Positions 54,221-64,000 of a stretch of 64,000 bases of DNA are shown in pieces. Where the stretch lies: the IMG/VR virus record IMGVR_UViG_3300047561_001900, positions 7,822-71,821 of that record; one strand, given 5' to 3'. Positions within the stretch are counted from its first letter, which is position 1. Every line of letters starts with the position of its first letter. The notes below the pieces were generated by a model. That model was not told the origin of the DNA and searched no databases. It worked only from the letters and a program-made list of their open reading frames with translations. The DNA is from a virus (Duplodnaviria > Caudoviricetes). The position numbers and the translations under genes were made by a program.

Positions 54221-54616
54221 ATGAGTCTGCTACAGAAATACATATTGGAGTTGGAAGAAGATGTCAAGCTGGATGAACTTAATTTAAAGGAAGCTGCACT
54301 CATGTTGCCAGCAAAGAAAGCAAAATGGGTGTCACGTCTCATGCTTGAGAAAGCTGCTTTAAATGAACTATTAAGAAAGAAGGAAAGAACCACATACGAT
54401 ATTGTGGAGGAATTGCGCAAGGAGTCACCAGTGAAGCTAGCTCTTCCTACGCTTCAGAATGCAGCTGAGAGACATGGACAAGTGATGGCAATTAGTAATG
54501 AAGTTAGAGACCGGCATGCTGTCATAGAGTTTCTGGAACGAGTGGAAAAAACAATGCATAGCATTGGGTTTGATATAAAAAATTTAATTGAATTGATCAA
54601 GATGGAGACTTCATAA
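54221..54616 (+). CDS. uvsY: Recombination mediator UvsY-like
   Basis: Helical, EEDVKLDE...P..K.KW and C-terminal FDIKNLIEL pattern; directly upstream of uvsW. Confidence 0.75.
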   Translation: MSLLQKYILELEEDVKLDELNLKEAALMLPAKKAKWVSRLMLEKAALNELLRKKERTTYDIVEELRKESPVKLALPTLQNAAERHGQVMAISNEVRDRHAVIEFLERVEKTMHSIGFDIKNLIELIKMETS

Positions 54617-56100
54617 TGGTTTATTTTGATTTAGATAAAAATAAAACCACAGGCGTTCTCACAGGAGAACATTTGAATGATGTGCGAGAGCACTTTTCAG
54701 TAAAAAATGAAGGTGCCAGATTTGCCAGAATGAGAGGTCGGTTCATACCATCCCGTACCTATGCCATGACACCTGGTGGTCGCATGGATCCATGCTTATT
54801 TTTTGAAATAACCAAGTTCTTACTTCAAAATAATTATTGCAAGCAAGACCAAATCCGAGCATCAAAAGAGTTTCTTGAAGCTATCATACCTGGTCCAACC
54901 ACATATCAAAAAGGTGTGCATTACACCAATCAACCATACAACAATCTTTCTCTTGAATTGAGAGATTATCAAAAAGCAGTTGTGACAAGATGTCTTGATA
55001 CAGGACGAGGAGTAGTGGTACTGGCAACTGCTGGTGGCAAGACGTTGATCATGGCATCTCTTTTATCAAATTTCTTTTACATGAAGAATAATTTTAAGTG
55101 CTTGTTAATAGTACCAGATTTAGGATTAGTAGAACAAACGTTTTCTGACTTTACATCTTATAATGTGCCATTCTCAATTCGCAAATGGACAGGTAGCAAT
55201 CCCATGGAGGGTGACAAAGCATGTGCTGCAAACGTTATTATTGCCAACTTAGGAATCTTGCAGTCAGAAAAATCTGATTTGGGGTGGGTTGAGGATGTTG
55301 ATATGTTACTATTTGATGAAATTCATAAAGCTCGCCGCGGCAATCAAGTCAATAAGATTATTAAAAAAATGAAAACGAATATTCGTTTTGGGTTCACTGG
55401 TACTATGCCTGAAGAAATGCTTGATCAATGGAACATAATCGGTAAGATAGGACCTATTATATATGAGAAGAACAGCTTCCAGCTGCGCAATGAGAAGTAT
55501 ATTTCTAACGTAAATGCGAATATACTGGAAATGAATTACAGCTCACGTCCACCAGCAATAACAGAGCTCTCTAATCCTGCAGAAAGATACAGAGCTGAAT
55601 TAGAATTTCTTTTTACTAATAATTTTCGCAACAATACAATTGCTGCTCTATGTAATAATGCCCCTAATAACGTTCTAATACTTGTGGATTTCATTCGACA
55701 TGGCGAAGAATTACAACGGATACTAACCACTACGTGCAATCGAAAGAAAGTTTTCTTTATCCAGGGAGAAGTTGAGGTAAAGGATAGAGAGCAAGTGCGA
55801 GATTTAATGGAGAAGAGCAATGATGTGGTCTGTATTGCCATAAGCAAGATTTTCAGTACAGGGGTGAATATTAAAAATCTACACTTCATTGTGTTTGCTG
55901 GTGGTGGTAAAGCAAAGGTGCGTACTATTCAAAGTATTGGAAGAGGGCTAAGATTGCACACATCCAAAGATAAGCTGTATATTATTGATATAGCAGACCA
56001 ATTCACGTATGGCAGACGCCACCAGCTTAAGCGACAATCCCTATATGAACAGGAACAAATACCTTACCAGATTAAAAAGGTAGCCGAGAAATCAGCATGA
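54616..56100 (+). CDS. uvsW: SF2 DNA helicase UvsW
   Basis: LRDYQ, LATAGGKT, FDEIH, GFTGT, QSIGRGLR. Confidence 0.9.
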   Translation: MVYFDLDKNKTTGVLTGEHLNDVREHFSVKNEGARFARMRGRFIPSRTYAMTPGGRMDPCLFFEITKFLLQNNYCKQDQIRASKEFLEAIIPGPTTYQKGVHYTNQPYNNLSLELRDYQKAVVTRCLDTGRGVVVLATAGGKTLIMASLLSNFFYMKNNFKCLLIVPDLGLVEQTFSDFTSYNVPFSIRKWTGSNPMEGDKACAANVIIANLGILQSEKSDLGWVEDVDMLLFDEIHKARRGNQVNKIIKKMKTNIRFGFTGTMPEEMLDQWNIIGKIGPIIYEKNSFQLRNEKYISNVNANILEMNYSSRPPAITELSNPAERYRAELEFLFTNNFRNNTIAALCNNAPNNVLILVDFIRHGEELQRILTTTCNRKKVFFIQGEVEVKDREQVRDLMEKSNDVVCIAISKIFSTGVNIKNLHFIVFAGGGKAKVRTIQSIGRGLRLHTSKDKLYIIDIADQFTYGRRHQLKRQSLYEQEQIPYQIKKVAEKSA

Positions 56101-56708
56101 ATTTTATTAAAAAATATAACTTAAATTTAACTGGTGCCATTACTATCGGCGCAGATGAGGGGCAAGAGATACCTTTCTATAAGGAGAATAAAATTAAGCA
56201 GTTAGCGTTTTTTGAGCCACGACCACCAGCATATGAAAAGTTGTTAGAATCTTTAAAGGATATTGATGACTCGTTTCATATACAGACCTTTAATGTCGGT
56301 TTAGGTGATGTAGATGAAGTGTTACCTATGCACACAGCGGGTGGTGGTCAATCCAGCTCTTTCCTTAAACCTAAGCTACATCTGGAAAAGCACCCTACTA
56401 TCTTGTTCAGAGATGACATGATATATAACTTCCCTGTCAAACCACTGGACTCATACAATTTTGGCCCAGAGTATAATTTTATTCACATGGATGTGCAGGG
56501 ATACGAACTAAGAGTATTAAAAGGCGGTATAAAAACATTAAATAATGTACTAGCCTTAAGCACTGAGGTTAATATAATAGAACTATATGAAGATTGTGTA
56601 CTCATGGATGAATTAGATAATTTTCTAGCAAAATTAAACTTTTCACGTGTGGAAACTAATATTACCGAATTTGGATGGGGCGATGCTGTATATATTAAGA
56701 ATTTATGA
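56097..56708 (+). CDS. FkbM-family methyltransferase
   Basis: IGADEGQE, FFEP, GQSSSFL, IHMDVQGYELRVLKG, WGDAVY. Confidence 0.85.
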   Translation: MNFIKKYNLNLTGAITIGADEGQEIPFYKENKIKQLAFFEPRPPAYEKLLESLKDIDDSFHIQTFNVGLGDVDEVLPMHTAGGGQSSSFLKPKLHLEKHPTILFRDDMIYNFPVKPLDSYNFGPEYNFIHMDVQGYELRVLKGGIKTLNNVLALSTEVNIIELYEDCVLMDELDNFLAKLNFSRVETNITEFGWGDAVYIKNL

Positions 56709-57301
56709 TAAAAAAACAACCAAAAGATAAGCAGAAACTTTTAAAGGCAAAGCAGGAGGACGTGGTGCTGCCTGTTAGCCTGGCCATAGTTAGCTCTGTC
56801 ATAGCGACCCTCACTGGAGAGGGTGATGGTAAAGCAAAGAAACGAAAATTAAAGCCCTCTGAGAAACCACACTATGTAAATAGTAAGCAATTTGAAGAGG
56901 AGATTAAGCTGTTTTACAAGACAGATAACATGACTGAATACTTAGCTGATGCCATAAAGAGAATAACGTATGGATTATCTTTTGCACCTAATTTTATCAA
57001 TTATAGCTATCGCGATGAGATGATGGGAGATGCCTTGGTAAAAATGTACCAAGCATTAAAATATAAGAAATTTAAAGTGGATCAAGGATTTAGCCCATTC
57101 AGCTACTTCACAACCATTGCGTTCCATGCGTTTATTAGCCGTATTAAGAAAGAAAAGAAACATCATCAACTAATTACAGATTTCCGTGAACGCAATTATG
57201 ACAGTCTTATTAATAGAGACGAGGATGAAACTGGAATCCGGATTTGTACTAAAGACCATGGAGTTCTAGATAACAGTCTTTATAATCAAAGTAACGCTTA
57301 A
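56705..57301 (+). CDS. gp55: Late-transcription sigma factor gp55
   Basis: HYVNSKQF, LSFAPNFINYSYRDEMMGDA, PFSYFTTIAFHAFISRIKKEKK. Confidence 0.9.
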   Translation: MIKKQPKDKQKLLKAKQEDVVLPVSLAIVSSVIATLTGEGDGKAKKRKLKPSEKPHYVNSKQFEEEIKLFYKTDNMTEYLADAIKRITYGLSFAPNFINYSYRDEMMGDALVKMYQALKYKKFKVDQGFSPFSYFTTIAFHAFISRIKKEKKHHQLITDFRERNYDSLINRDEDETGIRICTKDHGVLDNSLYNQSNA

Positions 57302-57310
57302 GCGTTATGA

Positions 57311-58354
57311 ATGAATCAAAATAAAAAAGTAGCTATAATATCCGATCTTCACCTGGGTGTTCATCTGAACAGTCCTGCGTGGCATGACATATCTCTGGAT
57401 TGGGCTAAATGGTTAGTAAATGAATTGTCTGAAAAAGATATTACACAGATAATATTCTGTGGCGACTTCTTTCATAGTCGCAGCGAAATCACTGTGAATA
57501 CATTGCATCATGCAAGTACTATGCTCAGTATCTTTAAAGATTTCAATATAATCATGATCACAGGTAATCATGATTCATTCTACAAGAACGACAGCCGCGT
57601 TAATAGTATCAGCATATTGGACGGTCGTCCCAACATTACAATCTTAGACAAACCCACCCTCAAACAAATACATGGCAAAGAGGTATTCTTTGCCCCTTGG
57701 GGCACAGGGTTGAATGATTTGCAAAGTTGTGATATTATGTTTGGTCATTTTGAGATTGAAAGTTTCAAGATGAACACCTTCAAGGTGTGTGATGAAGGAT
57801 TTAAATCTGCAGATCTATTTAAATATGCTCCCTTTGTTGTGTCAGGTCATTTTCATTTAAGGGAAGAGAGAGTGTATGAAAAAGGCACAATCCTGTATGT
57901 TGGGTCACCTTTTGAACTTGATTTTGGTGATACTGGTTCAACAAAAGGATACTACATAATGGATTTTAATAATTTGAAGCACGAGTTTTACCCTAACACC
58001 ATATCACCACAACATATAAAGGTGTCTTTGTCTGATCTCATAAAACTCAAGGACTTTAAAACAGAAGCCAAGAAGCTTTTTAGTAACAACATTGTAAAAT
58101 TATCTATTGATAAGACTATTGACAGTAGTGATCTTGAGAAGATTACCACTAAAATTAACACAGCAACTCCATTGAGCTTGGTAGTAGATCATGTTGCTAC
58201 ATTTGATCAACTGGGCAAAGCTTGTCAAACCGAGGTTGACTTGAGTGGTGTAGATATTGGTCAAGCAATCTCTGATTTTGTTAATTTGTTGGATATTCAA
58301 AACAAGAAGGAGGTCATAGAGTATACAGTATCGCTCTATGCTAGCTGCAAATGA
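57311..58354 (+). CDS. gp47: Recombination endonuclease subunit gp47 (Mre11/SbcD-like)
   Basis: SDLHLG, GDFFH, GNHD, GHFE, SGHFH, YVGSP. Confidence 0.9.
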   Translation: MNQNKKVAIISDLHLGVHLNSPAWHDISLDWAKWLVNELSEKDITQIIFCGDFFHSRSEITVNTLHHASTMLSIFKDFNIIMITGNHDSFYKNDSRVNSISILDGRPNITILDKPTLKQIHGKEVFFAPWGTGLNDLQSCDIMFGHFEIESFKMNTFKVCDEGFKSADLFKYAPFVVSGHFHLREERVYEKGTILYVGSPFELDFGDTGSTKGYYIMDFNNLKHEFYPNTISPQHIKVSLSDLIKLKDFKTEAKKLFSNNIVKLSIDKTIDSSDLEKITTKINTATPLSLVVDHVATFDQLGKACQTEVDLSGVDIGQAISDFVNLLDIQNKKEVIEYTVSLYASCK

Positions 58355-60153
58355 AGAAGGTAATTTTTGATAAATTGATTATAAAGAACTTTCTTAGTGT
58401 GGGTAATGCTCCAGTTATTATATCCTTCAAGCCCGGGCTACATGGTATTACTGGTATCAATCGTGATCAGATTGACAGACGCAATGGGGTGGGCAAGAGC
58501 ACTGTACCTGATGCTGTGCATTTTGCCCTATTTGGTACTACCATACGTGAGCTTAAAAAAGAATTTATTATTAATAATATAACAGGCAAAACATGTGAAG
58601 TTGCATTGTCGTTTAGTATTATAAAGGGAGAAAATGTAGAGAACTATGAGATTGTTCGCACACTAGAGCCAAGCAAGTGTTTTTTATATCATAATCAGCG
58701 AGATATAACCCGCGATAGTATTGTCAATACAACGGAGTACATATCCCAACTCATAGAATGTAATTCAGAATTATTTCAAAATTGCGTCATAATGACTGTT
58801 AATAATACTGTGCCCTTCATGGCTAAGAAGAAAACTGAAAAGCGTAAATTTATTGAAGGTATTTTTAATCTAGAAATCTTCAGCAAGATGCTCAATCAAC
58901 TCCGAGAAGAACAATCAGTTGTTAAGAAAGACTTAGATACTGAATCAGCTCGAGAAGATGAGGTGCGTCGTGTAGTAGACGGGTTAAAGGAACAACAAGT
59001 AAAGGCACACACTGAATACACAGCTCGAAAGGCTTTACTGGAAAAAAGACAAGTGGACAATACAAAGGAGTTAGCCATCCTGACAAAGAAGCTGGAAAAT
59101 ATTAAGTTCATTGATGTGGATGATGTAACTAAAAATATAACCTTACTTACTAAGAAAATAACTGAGTGTGATGATCAAATACAAGAGTTAGGCAAGCAAG
59201 CTGCTACACTAGAAACAACAAATGAGTTTTGCTTCACAACAATGAGTAAGATTGGTACCGATAAAGACATGTGCCCGACCTGCTTAAAGTCAATCACTGA
59301 ACACGATACAAAGCATATTAAGGAGAGCAAAGAGAATTACAAGAAACAAATCAAGTCGCAAGAAACTGAAATCAAGGTGCTAGAATCAAAGATAAGCGAA
59401 ATTAACACTCTTAAAACAAAGGTAAATGATGCAATTAAAAAAGGTCAAAATAATATCAATCAGAGTAAGCTGCAGTTGCAACAAAAAGTACACGATGATA
59501 AACGTGTCAAGCAGTTGCAAGATTACAACAAACAGGTAGATCAAGACTTGCAACATCTCACTGATACAAGCGCAGGACTCACTACTATGATTGAGGAGGC
59601 AGCACAAAAATTAGGTACTTTGCAGGAAAAAGTGGAAGGATTCAAGAAGGTATTAAATTTAATGGACACAGTGAAATTTGTGGTGAGCGAGGAGGGGGTA
59701 AAGAGCTTTATTGTGAGACGTATATTAGACTTGTTTAATAGTAAGCTTACCTATTATCTCATGAAGCTTAACTCTACAGCCATTATATCGTTTAATGAGT
59801 ATTTTGAGGATCAAATCATCAACGATAAAGGCAAACTCACCAGTTACTTTAATTTTAGCGGGGCAGAGCGCAAAGCTATAGATTTGGCCATTATGTTTGC
59901 ATTCATTGATATGCTAAGATTACAAGGTAATATTTTTTATAATATTCAATTTTACGATGAATTGCTGGATACTAGCTTAGACGAAACAGGTGTTGAGCTA
60001 GTGCTTAGTCTGTTGAATGAATTTGTAAATAAAAATAATTTTGGTGTATATGTTATATCACATAGAAAAGAATGTGCCCGTTTTGTAACTGGTGATTTGA
60101 TCTTTTTGGAGAAAAGAAACGGTATTACAACTCTCTCTACACAGACTACTTGA
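58351..60153 (+). CDS. gp46: Recombination ATPase subunit gp46 (Rad50/SbcC-like)
   Basis: NGVGKST, CPTC zinc hook, FSGAE signature, YDELLD, VISH. Confidence 0.92.
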   Translation: MKKVIFDKLIIKNFLSVGNAPVIISFKPGLHGITGINRDQIDRRNGVGKSTVPDAVHFALFGTTIRELKKEFIINNITGKTCEVALSFSIIKGENVENYEIVRTLEPSKCFLYHNQRDITRDSIVNTTEYISQLIECNSELFQNCVIMTVNNTVPFMAKKKTEKRKFIEGIFNLEIFSKMLNQLREEQSVVKKDLDTESAREDEVRRVVDGLKEQQVKAHTEYTARKALLEKRQVDNTKELAILTKKLENIKFIDVDDVTKNITLLTKKITECDDQIQELGKQAATLETTNEFCFTTMSKIGTDKDMCPTCLKSITEHDTKHIKESKENYKKQIKSQETEIKVLESKISEINTLKTKVNDAIKKGQNNINQSKLQLQQKVHDDKRVKQLQDYNKQVDQDLQHLTDTSAGLTTMIEEAAQKLGTLQEKVEGFKKVLNLMDTVKFVVSEEGVKSFIVRRILDLFNSKLTYYLMKLNSTAIISFNEYFEDQIINDKGKLTSYFNFSGAERKAIDLAIMFAFIDMLRLQGNIFYNIQFYDELLDTSLDETGVELVLSLLNEFVNKNNFGVYVISHRKECARFVTGDLIFLEKRNGITTLSTQTT

Positions 60154-60183
60154 TTTTTAACCAGATTAATATAGATATAGTAT

Positions 60184-61419
60184 ATGTTTAATACTGGTGA
60201 GTTTGCTTCCCCCTTCTTAAGAAACATCCCTCAACTTGTACCGCTGGCAGGTACTTTACCTAGATCTAATGCAGCACCCATGTTACAAGCCGATAACACA
60301 CCGCCACCAGATGTTAATCTGCCTCGTGTGGTACAGTACTATGCTGATTACTCTGGGTGCGGCTTCTGGCGCATGCTTTGGCCAGAACAGCTGTTAAATG
60401 CTTTCGGTAGCATGACTGTACATGGTAGCACAGTCATGGTTTTAGATCCCCGGTGGTATACAAACGTTAAGGTTGTGAGGGTGCAGCGACAAGCCACATC
60501 CTCACAATTGCAGTTTGTTAAATTTCTAAAGGATGTCTCAAAGATACATGGATTTAGAATTATATATGAAATTGATGATCTTGTTTTTAGTGAGGACATT
60601 CCTGATTATAACAAATTTAAGACTGCTTTTGTAGATCCAGAGATCCGTAAAAATGCACAAGAAATCATGTCGCTGTGTGATGAAATAACTGTAACTTGTG
60701 ATTTCATGAAAGAGTATTACAAAGAGAAGACAGGTCATAAGTGTGTGACAGTTATACCTAATTTCCCACCAAAGTTTTGGCTTGGCAGACTTTACGATGA
60801 AAAGACAATAAGCAGTAACTACGATACATACAAAAGTAAGCCTAGAATTTTATATGCAGGATCTGGAGCACACTTTGATGTAGAGAATCGTGTAAATCAG
60901 AATGACGACTTTGCTCATGTTATTAAGGCCATATATGAGACCCATAAAGAGTTTCAGTGGGTATTTCTTGGAGCGTTCCCTCTTCCTCTTCGACCTTTAG
61001 TTGAACAGGGATTGGTTGAATTTCATCCATGGGTGAATCTTTATCATTATGGAGAAAAGCTTAAGAATCTTAGAATTAATATGCTTGTTGCTCCTTTACA
61101 AGATAATACCTTCAATAAGAGTAAATCAGATCTAAAGTGGATTGAGGCCAATTGCTTAGGATTACCAATTGCGTGTCAAGATTTATGCACGTACTCTGAT
61201 GCAGAGTTTAAGTTTAAGACAGGTGAGGAGATGATTAAAGTGATTCGTGATGTGTTGAGCAAGAAGGGCAGGTACATGAATTTATGTGCAGCTGCATACA
61301 AAAAAGCTGACACCCGGTGGCTAGAGGATAACATGGATTGTTACGAGGAATTATTTAAACACCCATACGGCAGCCCAGAGCGCAAGAAGCTAAATAAAAT
61401 TAATAATATTACTACTTGA
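60184..61419 (+). CDS. GT-B glycosyltransferase in the replication module
   Basis: GCGFWRM, YEIDD, RILYAGS, VAPL.DN.FNKSKSDLKWIEA. Confidence 0.75.
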   Translation: MFNTGEFASPFLRNIPQLVPLAGTLPRSNAAPMLQADNTPPPDVNLPRVVQYYADYSGCGFWRMLWPEQLLNAFGSMTVHGSTVMVLDPRWYTNVKVVRVQRQATSSQLQFVKFLKDVSKIHGFRIIYEIDDLVFSEDIPDYNKFKTAFVDPEIRKNAQEIMSLCDEITVTCDFMKEYYKEKTGHKCVTVIPNFPPKFWLGRLYDEKTISSNYDTYKSKPRILYAGSGAHFDVENRVNQNDDFAHVIKAIYETHKEFQWVFLGAFPLPLRPLVEQGLVEFHPWVNLYHYGEKLKNLRINMLVAPLQDNTFNKSKSDLKWIEANCLGLPIACQDLCTYSDAEFKFKTGEEMIKVIRDVLSKKGRYMNLCAAAYKKADTRWLEDNMDCYEELFKHPYGSPERKKLNKINNITT

Positions 61420-61600
61420 GTATGGCCTGAAGTCGTATAATAAATTTATTTTTTAGCGTATTCTCAGCACACTTACCGCAACCACCTTGACGTTTTAAAT
61501 TGTTGAGCTCATCCACATATTCAATTCGGACACGATCACACTCCGGTATTTCAGTTGGACAAGGTAATTCAAAATTAAAGAATTGCATAATTTTTTCCAT
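61412..61600 (-). CDS. Small Cys-containing hypothetical protein
   Basis: 62 aa; CPxxxxxC and CGKC motifs. Confidence 0.55.
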   Translation of the reverse strand: MEKIMQFFNFELPCPTEIPECDRVRIEYVDELNNLKRQGGCGKCAENTLKNKFIIRLQAILK

Positions 61601-61612
61601 ATAATAATTTAT

Positions 61613-61640
61613 TTGCCAAATACAGAAGTTCCATTATAAT
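61613..61640 (+). promoter_or_regulatory. Early promoter of DNA polymerase
   Basis: TTGCCA-N16-TATAAT-N6-ATG(61647). Confidence 0.75.
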
Positions 61641-61646
61641 AAGAAG

Positions 61647-64000
61647 ATGATAGGCTATAGAAATATTGCATACAATCCACGACAGGAGCTTATTCGCCTA
61701 TTCACTTGGGATGCATCAGGTAATAGAATTGCCATTGACTCCACATTCAAACCATACATCTATCTAGAATCCAACAACGCCAAAGATGCAATTAGCATTT
61801 TTAATACCAATCTCAAGAAAAAGAGTTTTAAGAATCAATTTGAAAAGTCAAGATATTTAAAAGAGACGGACACAGTCAGAGTATTTGAAAATCTTTCACC
61901 AAGTCAGCAATTTTTGATTGATAATTTCTGGGAACACAATGAATCGACAGAGTTCTCACAGTTCCCTCTCAAGTTATTCTTCCTTGATATTGAGACATAT
62001 TCTGTTGATGACTTTCCCAATGTGGAGACAGCTAATCATTCTGTGAATGTTATCACAATCTATGATAGCTTAAGCAAGAAGTACATAACCTGGGGTACAA
62101 AGCCTTACACAAAGATTACAGAAGATCATAAATTCTATTTTTGCAAGACTGAAAAAGAAATGTTTTTAAAGTTCATTACATTCATAGAGAGTGATTACCC
62201 GGATGTGTTGTTAGGGTGGAATTCTATTTTGTTCGACCTGCCATATTTAATCAACCGTATCAGAGTGTTGTTTGATGAAGATACAGTGCGTCGCCTGAGT
62301 CCCATGGGCAGGGTTCATAGTAGAACTCTAAAGGGTCAGTTTGGTAGAGAGCAAGTCAGATGGTACATAGATGGTATCTCTTGCCTGGATTATCTTGATA
62401 TCTACAAGAGATTTTGCATGGTGTTACGGGAAAACTACAAACTTAATAACATTGCTATCACCGAGTTGGGAGAATCTAAGATAGATGTTGGTGGTACCAA
62501 CTTAAGCACTCTGGCTGACACAGATTGGGATACCTTTGTGGAGTATAATGTACAAGACGTTCGACTCTTGATCAAGCTTGAAGAAAAACTACAATACTTT
62601 GAGCTACTTCGCATGCTGAGTTATACTGGTCTAACGACCATGGAAGCTGCAATGGGCAGCATGAGTGTGGTTATTGGTGCATGTGCTATCCGTGCACGTT
62701 ACAGAAATAAGAAAATACCTACTTTCATACGTGGGGCTGATGATGGCAAACAGAATGAAGGTGCATATGTTGGTGACCCTAAACGCGGATTTCAAAAGTA
62801 TATTGTGAGTTTTGATGCTAACAGTCTGTATCCCTCCGTTATGATTACTCTCAATCTTTCCCCTGAAACAAAGATGGGTGTCATAGAATCACAGACAGAT
62901 AAAGATGTTACCATATGTGATGTTAATGGCAGAACAGTGGTTGTTCCTATGGTTAAGTTTGCTAAGTTAGTTCAAGAAGAGAAGCTGGCTATCAGCAAAG
63001 CAAAGGTACTGTTCAGCCAGAAGCACAAAGGCATTATACCGGAAATGGTCGACCAATACTACAAGCTTCGTGTGCAAGTAAGAAAAGAGCATAAAAAAAT
63101 CAAGAGACAATTGTCTGAGTTAGACAAAAAGGACCCCCTGTATCGAGCGCTTAAGGACAAACTCTCTGTGCTGAACATCAAACAACATACAATCAAGATT
63201 TTTATTAACACAGTGTATGGTGCTCTGGGCAACAAGGTATTCCCTCTTGGTGATGATGACTTGGCAAGAAGTATCACCCTAACTGGTCAAGCTGTAATCA
63301 AGCAAAGTAATAAAATTTTAACAGACTATATTCAACAGAAGGCTGGCATAAGTGCAGAAGAGATTGAAAAGAACACACCAATCATATATAACGATACAGA
63401 TTCGAGTTATATTTCCTTAGAGAGCCTAGTAAAGACTCTTAATATTAACGCCATAGATAGTAAGTCTAAAATTACACCAGAATTCCATAGTCTGGTTGAT
63501 GGTATTGAGACACACCTCAACCAACAGATACAGATATGGTGCGAGCAAAATCTTAACAGTCTTGACAGTAGAATTACTTTCAAACGTGAGGTAATTTGTG
63601 ATGTTGGTCTATTTTTACAGAAAAAACGCTATGTTATTCGTGTGTTAGATGAAGAGGGTATACCATGCAACAAGTTCAAGTACACTGGTGTAGAGATTGC
63701 TCGTACTACCATGCCTGCACCAATCAAACCACTAGCTAAGAAGATTGTTGAAACTATGTTACTCACACAAGATCAACAGAAAACTAATGAAGTAATCACA
63801 GAAGCATATAATGTGTTTCAAGGTCTACCAATTAGTGATTTTTCCTTTGTGACTGGATTGAAGGGGTATGAAAAATATTCCAGTAAATGCGATGGGTTCA
63901 AGACAGTCAAGTCAATGCCTCTGCATGTAAAAGCGGCATACCACTATAATTTGCTCCTAAAGACACTTGGCATAGAAAGAAAATATGAATCCATTGGCAG
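61647..64000 (+). CDS. gp43: Family B DNA polymerase gp43 (3' truncated; missed by ORF track)
   Basis: Translated by hand: FLDIETY (ExoI), GWNSILFDLPY (ExoII), YNVQDV (ExoIII), SFDANSLYPS (A), KIFINTVYG (B), YNDTDS (C); motifs A and C are in frame with the start. Confidence 0.95.
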   Translation, partial: MIGYRNIAYNPRQELIRLFTWDASGNRIAIDSTFKPYIYLESNNAKDAISIFNTNLKKKSFKNQFEKSRYLKETDTVRVFENLSPSQQFLIDNFWEHNESTEFSQFPLKLFFLDIETYSVDDFPNVETANHSVNVITIYDSLSKKYITWGTKPYTKITEDHKFYFCKTEKEMFLKFITFIESDYPDVLLGWNSILFDLPYLINRIRVLFDEDTVRRLSPMGRVHSRTLKGQFGREQVRWYIDGISCLDYLDIYKRFCMVLRENYKLNNIAITELGESKIDVGGTNLSTLADTDWDTFVEYNVQDVRLLIKLEEKLQYFELLRMLSYTGLTTMEAAMGSMSVVIGACAIRARYRNKKIPTFIRGADDGKQNEGAYVGDPKRGFQKYIVSFDANSLYPSVMITLNLSPETKMGVIESQTDKDVTICDVNGRTVVVPMVKFAKLVQEEKLAISKAKVLFSQKHKGIIPEMVDQYYKLRVQVRKEHKKIKRQLSELDKKDPLYRALKDKLSVLNIKQHTIKIFINTVYGALGNKVFPLGDDDLARSITLTGQAVIKQSNKILTDYIQQKAGISAEEIEKNTPIIYNDTDSSYISLESLVKTLNINAIDSKSKITPEFHSLVDGIETHLNQQIQIWCEQNLNSLDSRITFKREVICDVGLFLQKKRYVIRVLDEEGIPCNKFKYTGVEIARTTMPAPIKPLAKKIVETMLLTQDQQKTNEVITEAYNVFQGLPISDFSFVTGLKGYEKYSSKCDGFKTVKSMPLHVKAAYHYNLLLKTLGIERKYESIG

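Noticed and set aside
1-64000. Most antisense or overlapping ORFs in the six-frame track (e.g. 224-523, 8185-8694, 9856-10233, 19500-20396, 22386-22838, 51810-52178)
   Set aside because: They shadow motif-supported genes, lack promoters or RBS, and are rich in M/H/C, as expected from the CATG/TGCA-rich composition.
1-64000. CRISPR array
   Set aside because: No regularly spaced direct repeats with unique spacers; the repeats found are promoter units or dispersed motifs.
1-64000. Stop-codon reassignment (alternative genetic code)
   Set aside because: Long conserved genes are intact under code 11, and TAA, TAG and TGA all end well-defined genes.
61647-64000. Intein or intron in the DNA polymerase, or a non-coding gap
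   Set aside because: Exonuclease and polymerase motifs are in one frame with ordinary spacing. The ORF track omitted it only because no stop lies in the window.
54221-64000. Eukaryotic giant virus or bacterial chromosome
   Set aside because: gp55/gp47/gp46/uvsW/uvsY/gp43 synteny, T4 late promoters and sigma70 promoters indicate a T4-like phage.

Overview
This is a 64-kb internal segment of a large T4-like (myovirus-type) bacteriophage genome. The diagnostic genes are uvsY, uvsW, the gp55 late sigma factor, gp47/gp46, a family-B DNA polymerase cut off by the window end, PhoH and a T4-type RNase H. The host is probably a PVC-superphylum bacterium, most likely Verrucomicrobia; this is inferred from three PEP-CTERM proteins and an H-X9-DG prepilin. 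Layout: about 1.5-10.5 kb is an array of small early ORFs, nearly each behind its own sigma70-like promoter. About 10.6-16.5 kb holds mixed late and auxiliary genes (OmpA-domain protein, GT11, AAA ATPase, Hc1-like protein, heme oxygenase, HiPIP-like protein). 16.6-23.1 kb is a host-like cell-surface cassette (PEP-CTERM x3, prepilin, anti-sigma-like protein, FecR). 24.5-28.4 kb has UvsE, RNase H and a lysis cassette. 28.8-40.5 kb is a glycosyltransferase island containing an unannotated tmRNA whose tag is unusually long and lacks the ALAA degron. 41-54 kb has FolE/QueD/QueE, PhoH and many probable head proteins with T4 capsid-targeting-like N-termini. 54-64 kb is the replication/recombination core. 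Window-wide signals are an apparently leaderless promoter architecture (TTGACY-N16-TANAAT-N6-ATG) and patchy CpG depletion. All functional calls come from reading motifs by eye; no database search was run.
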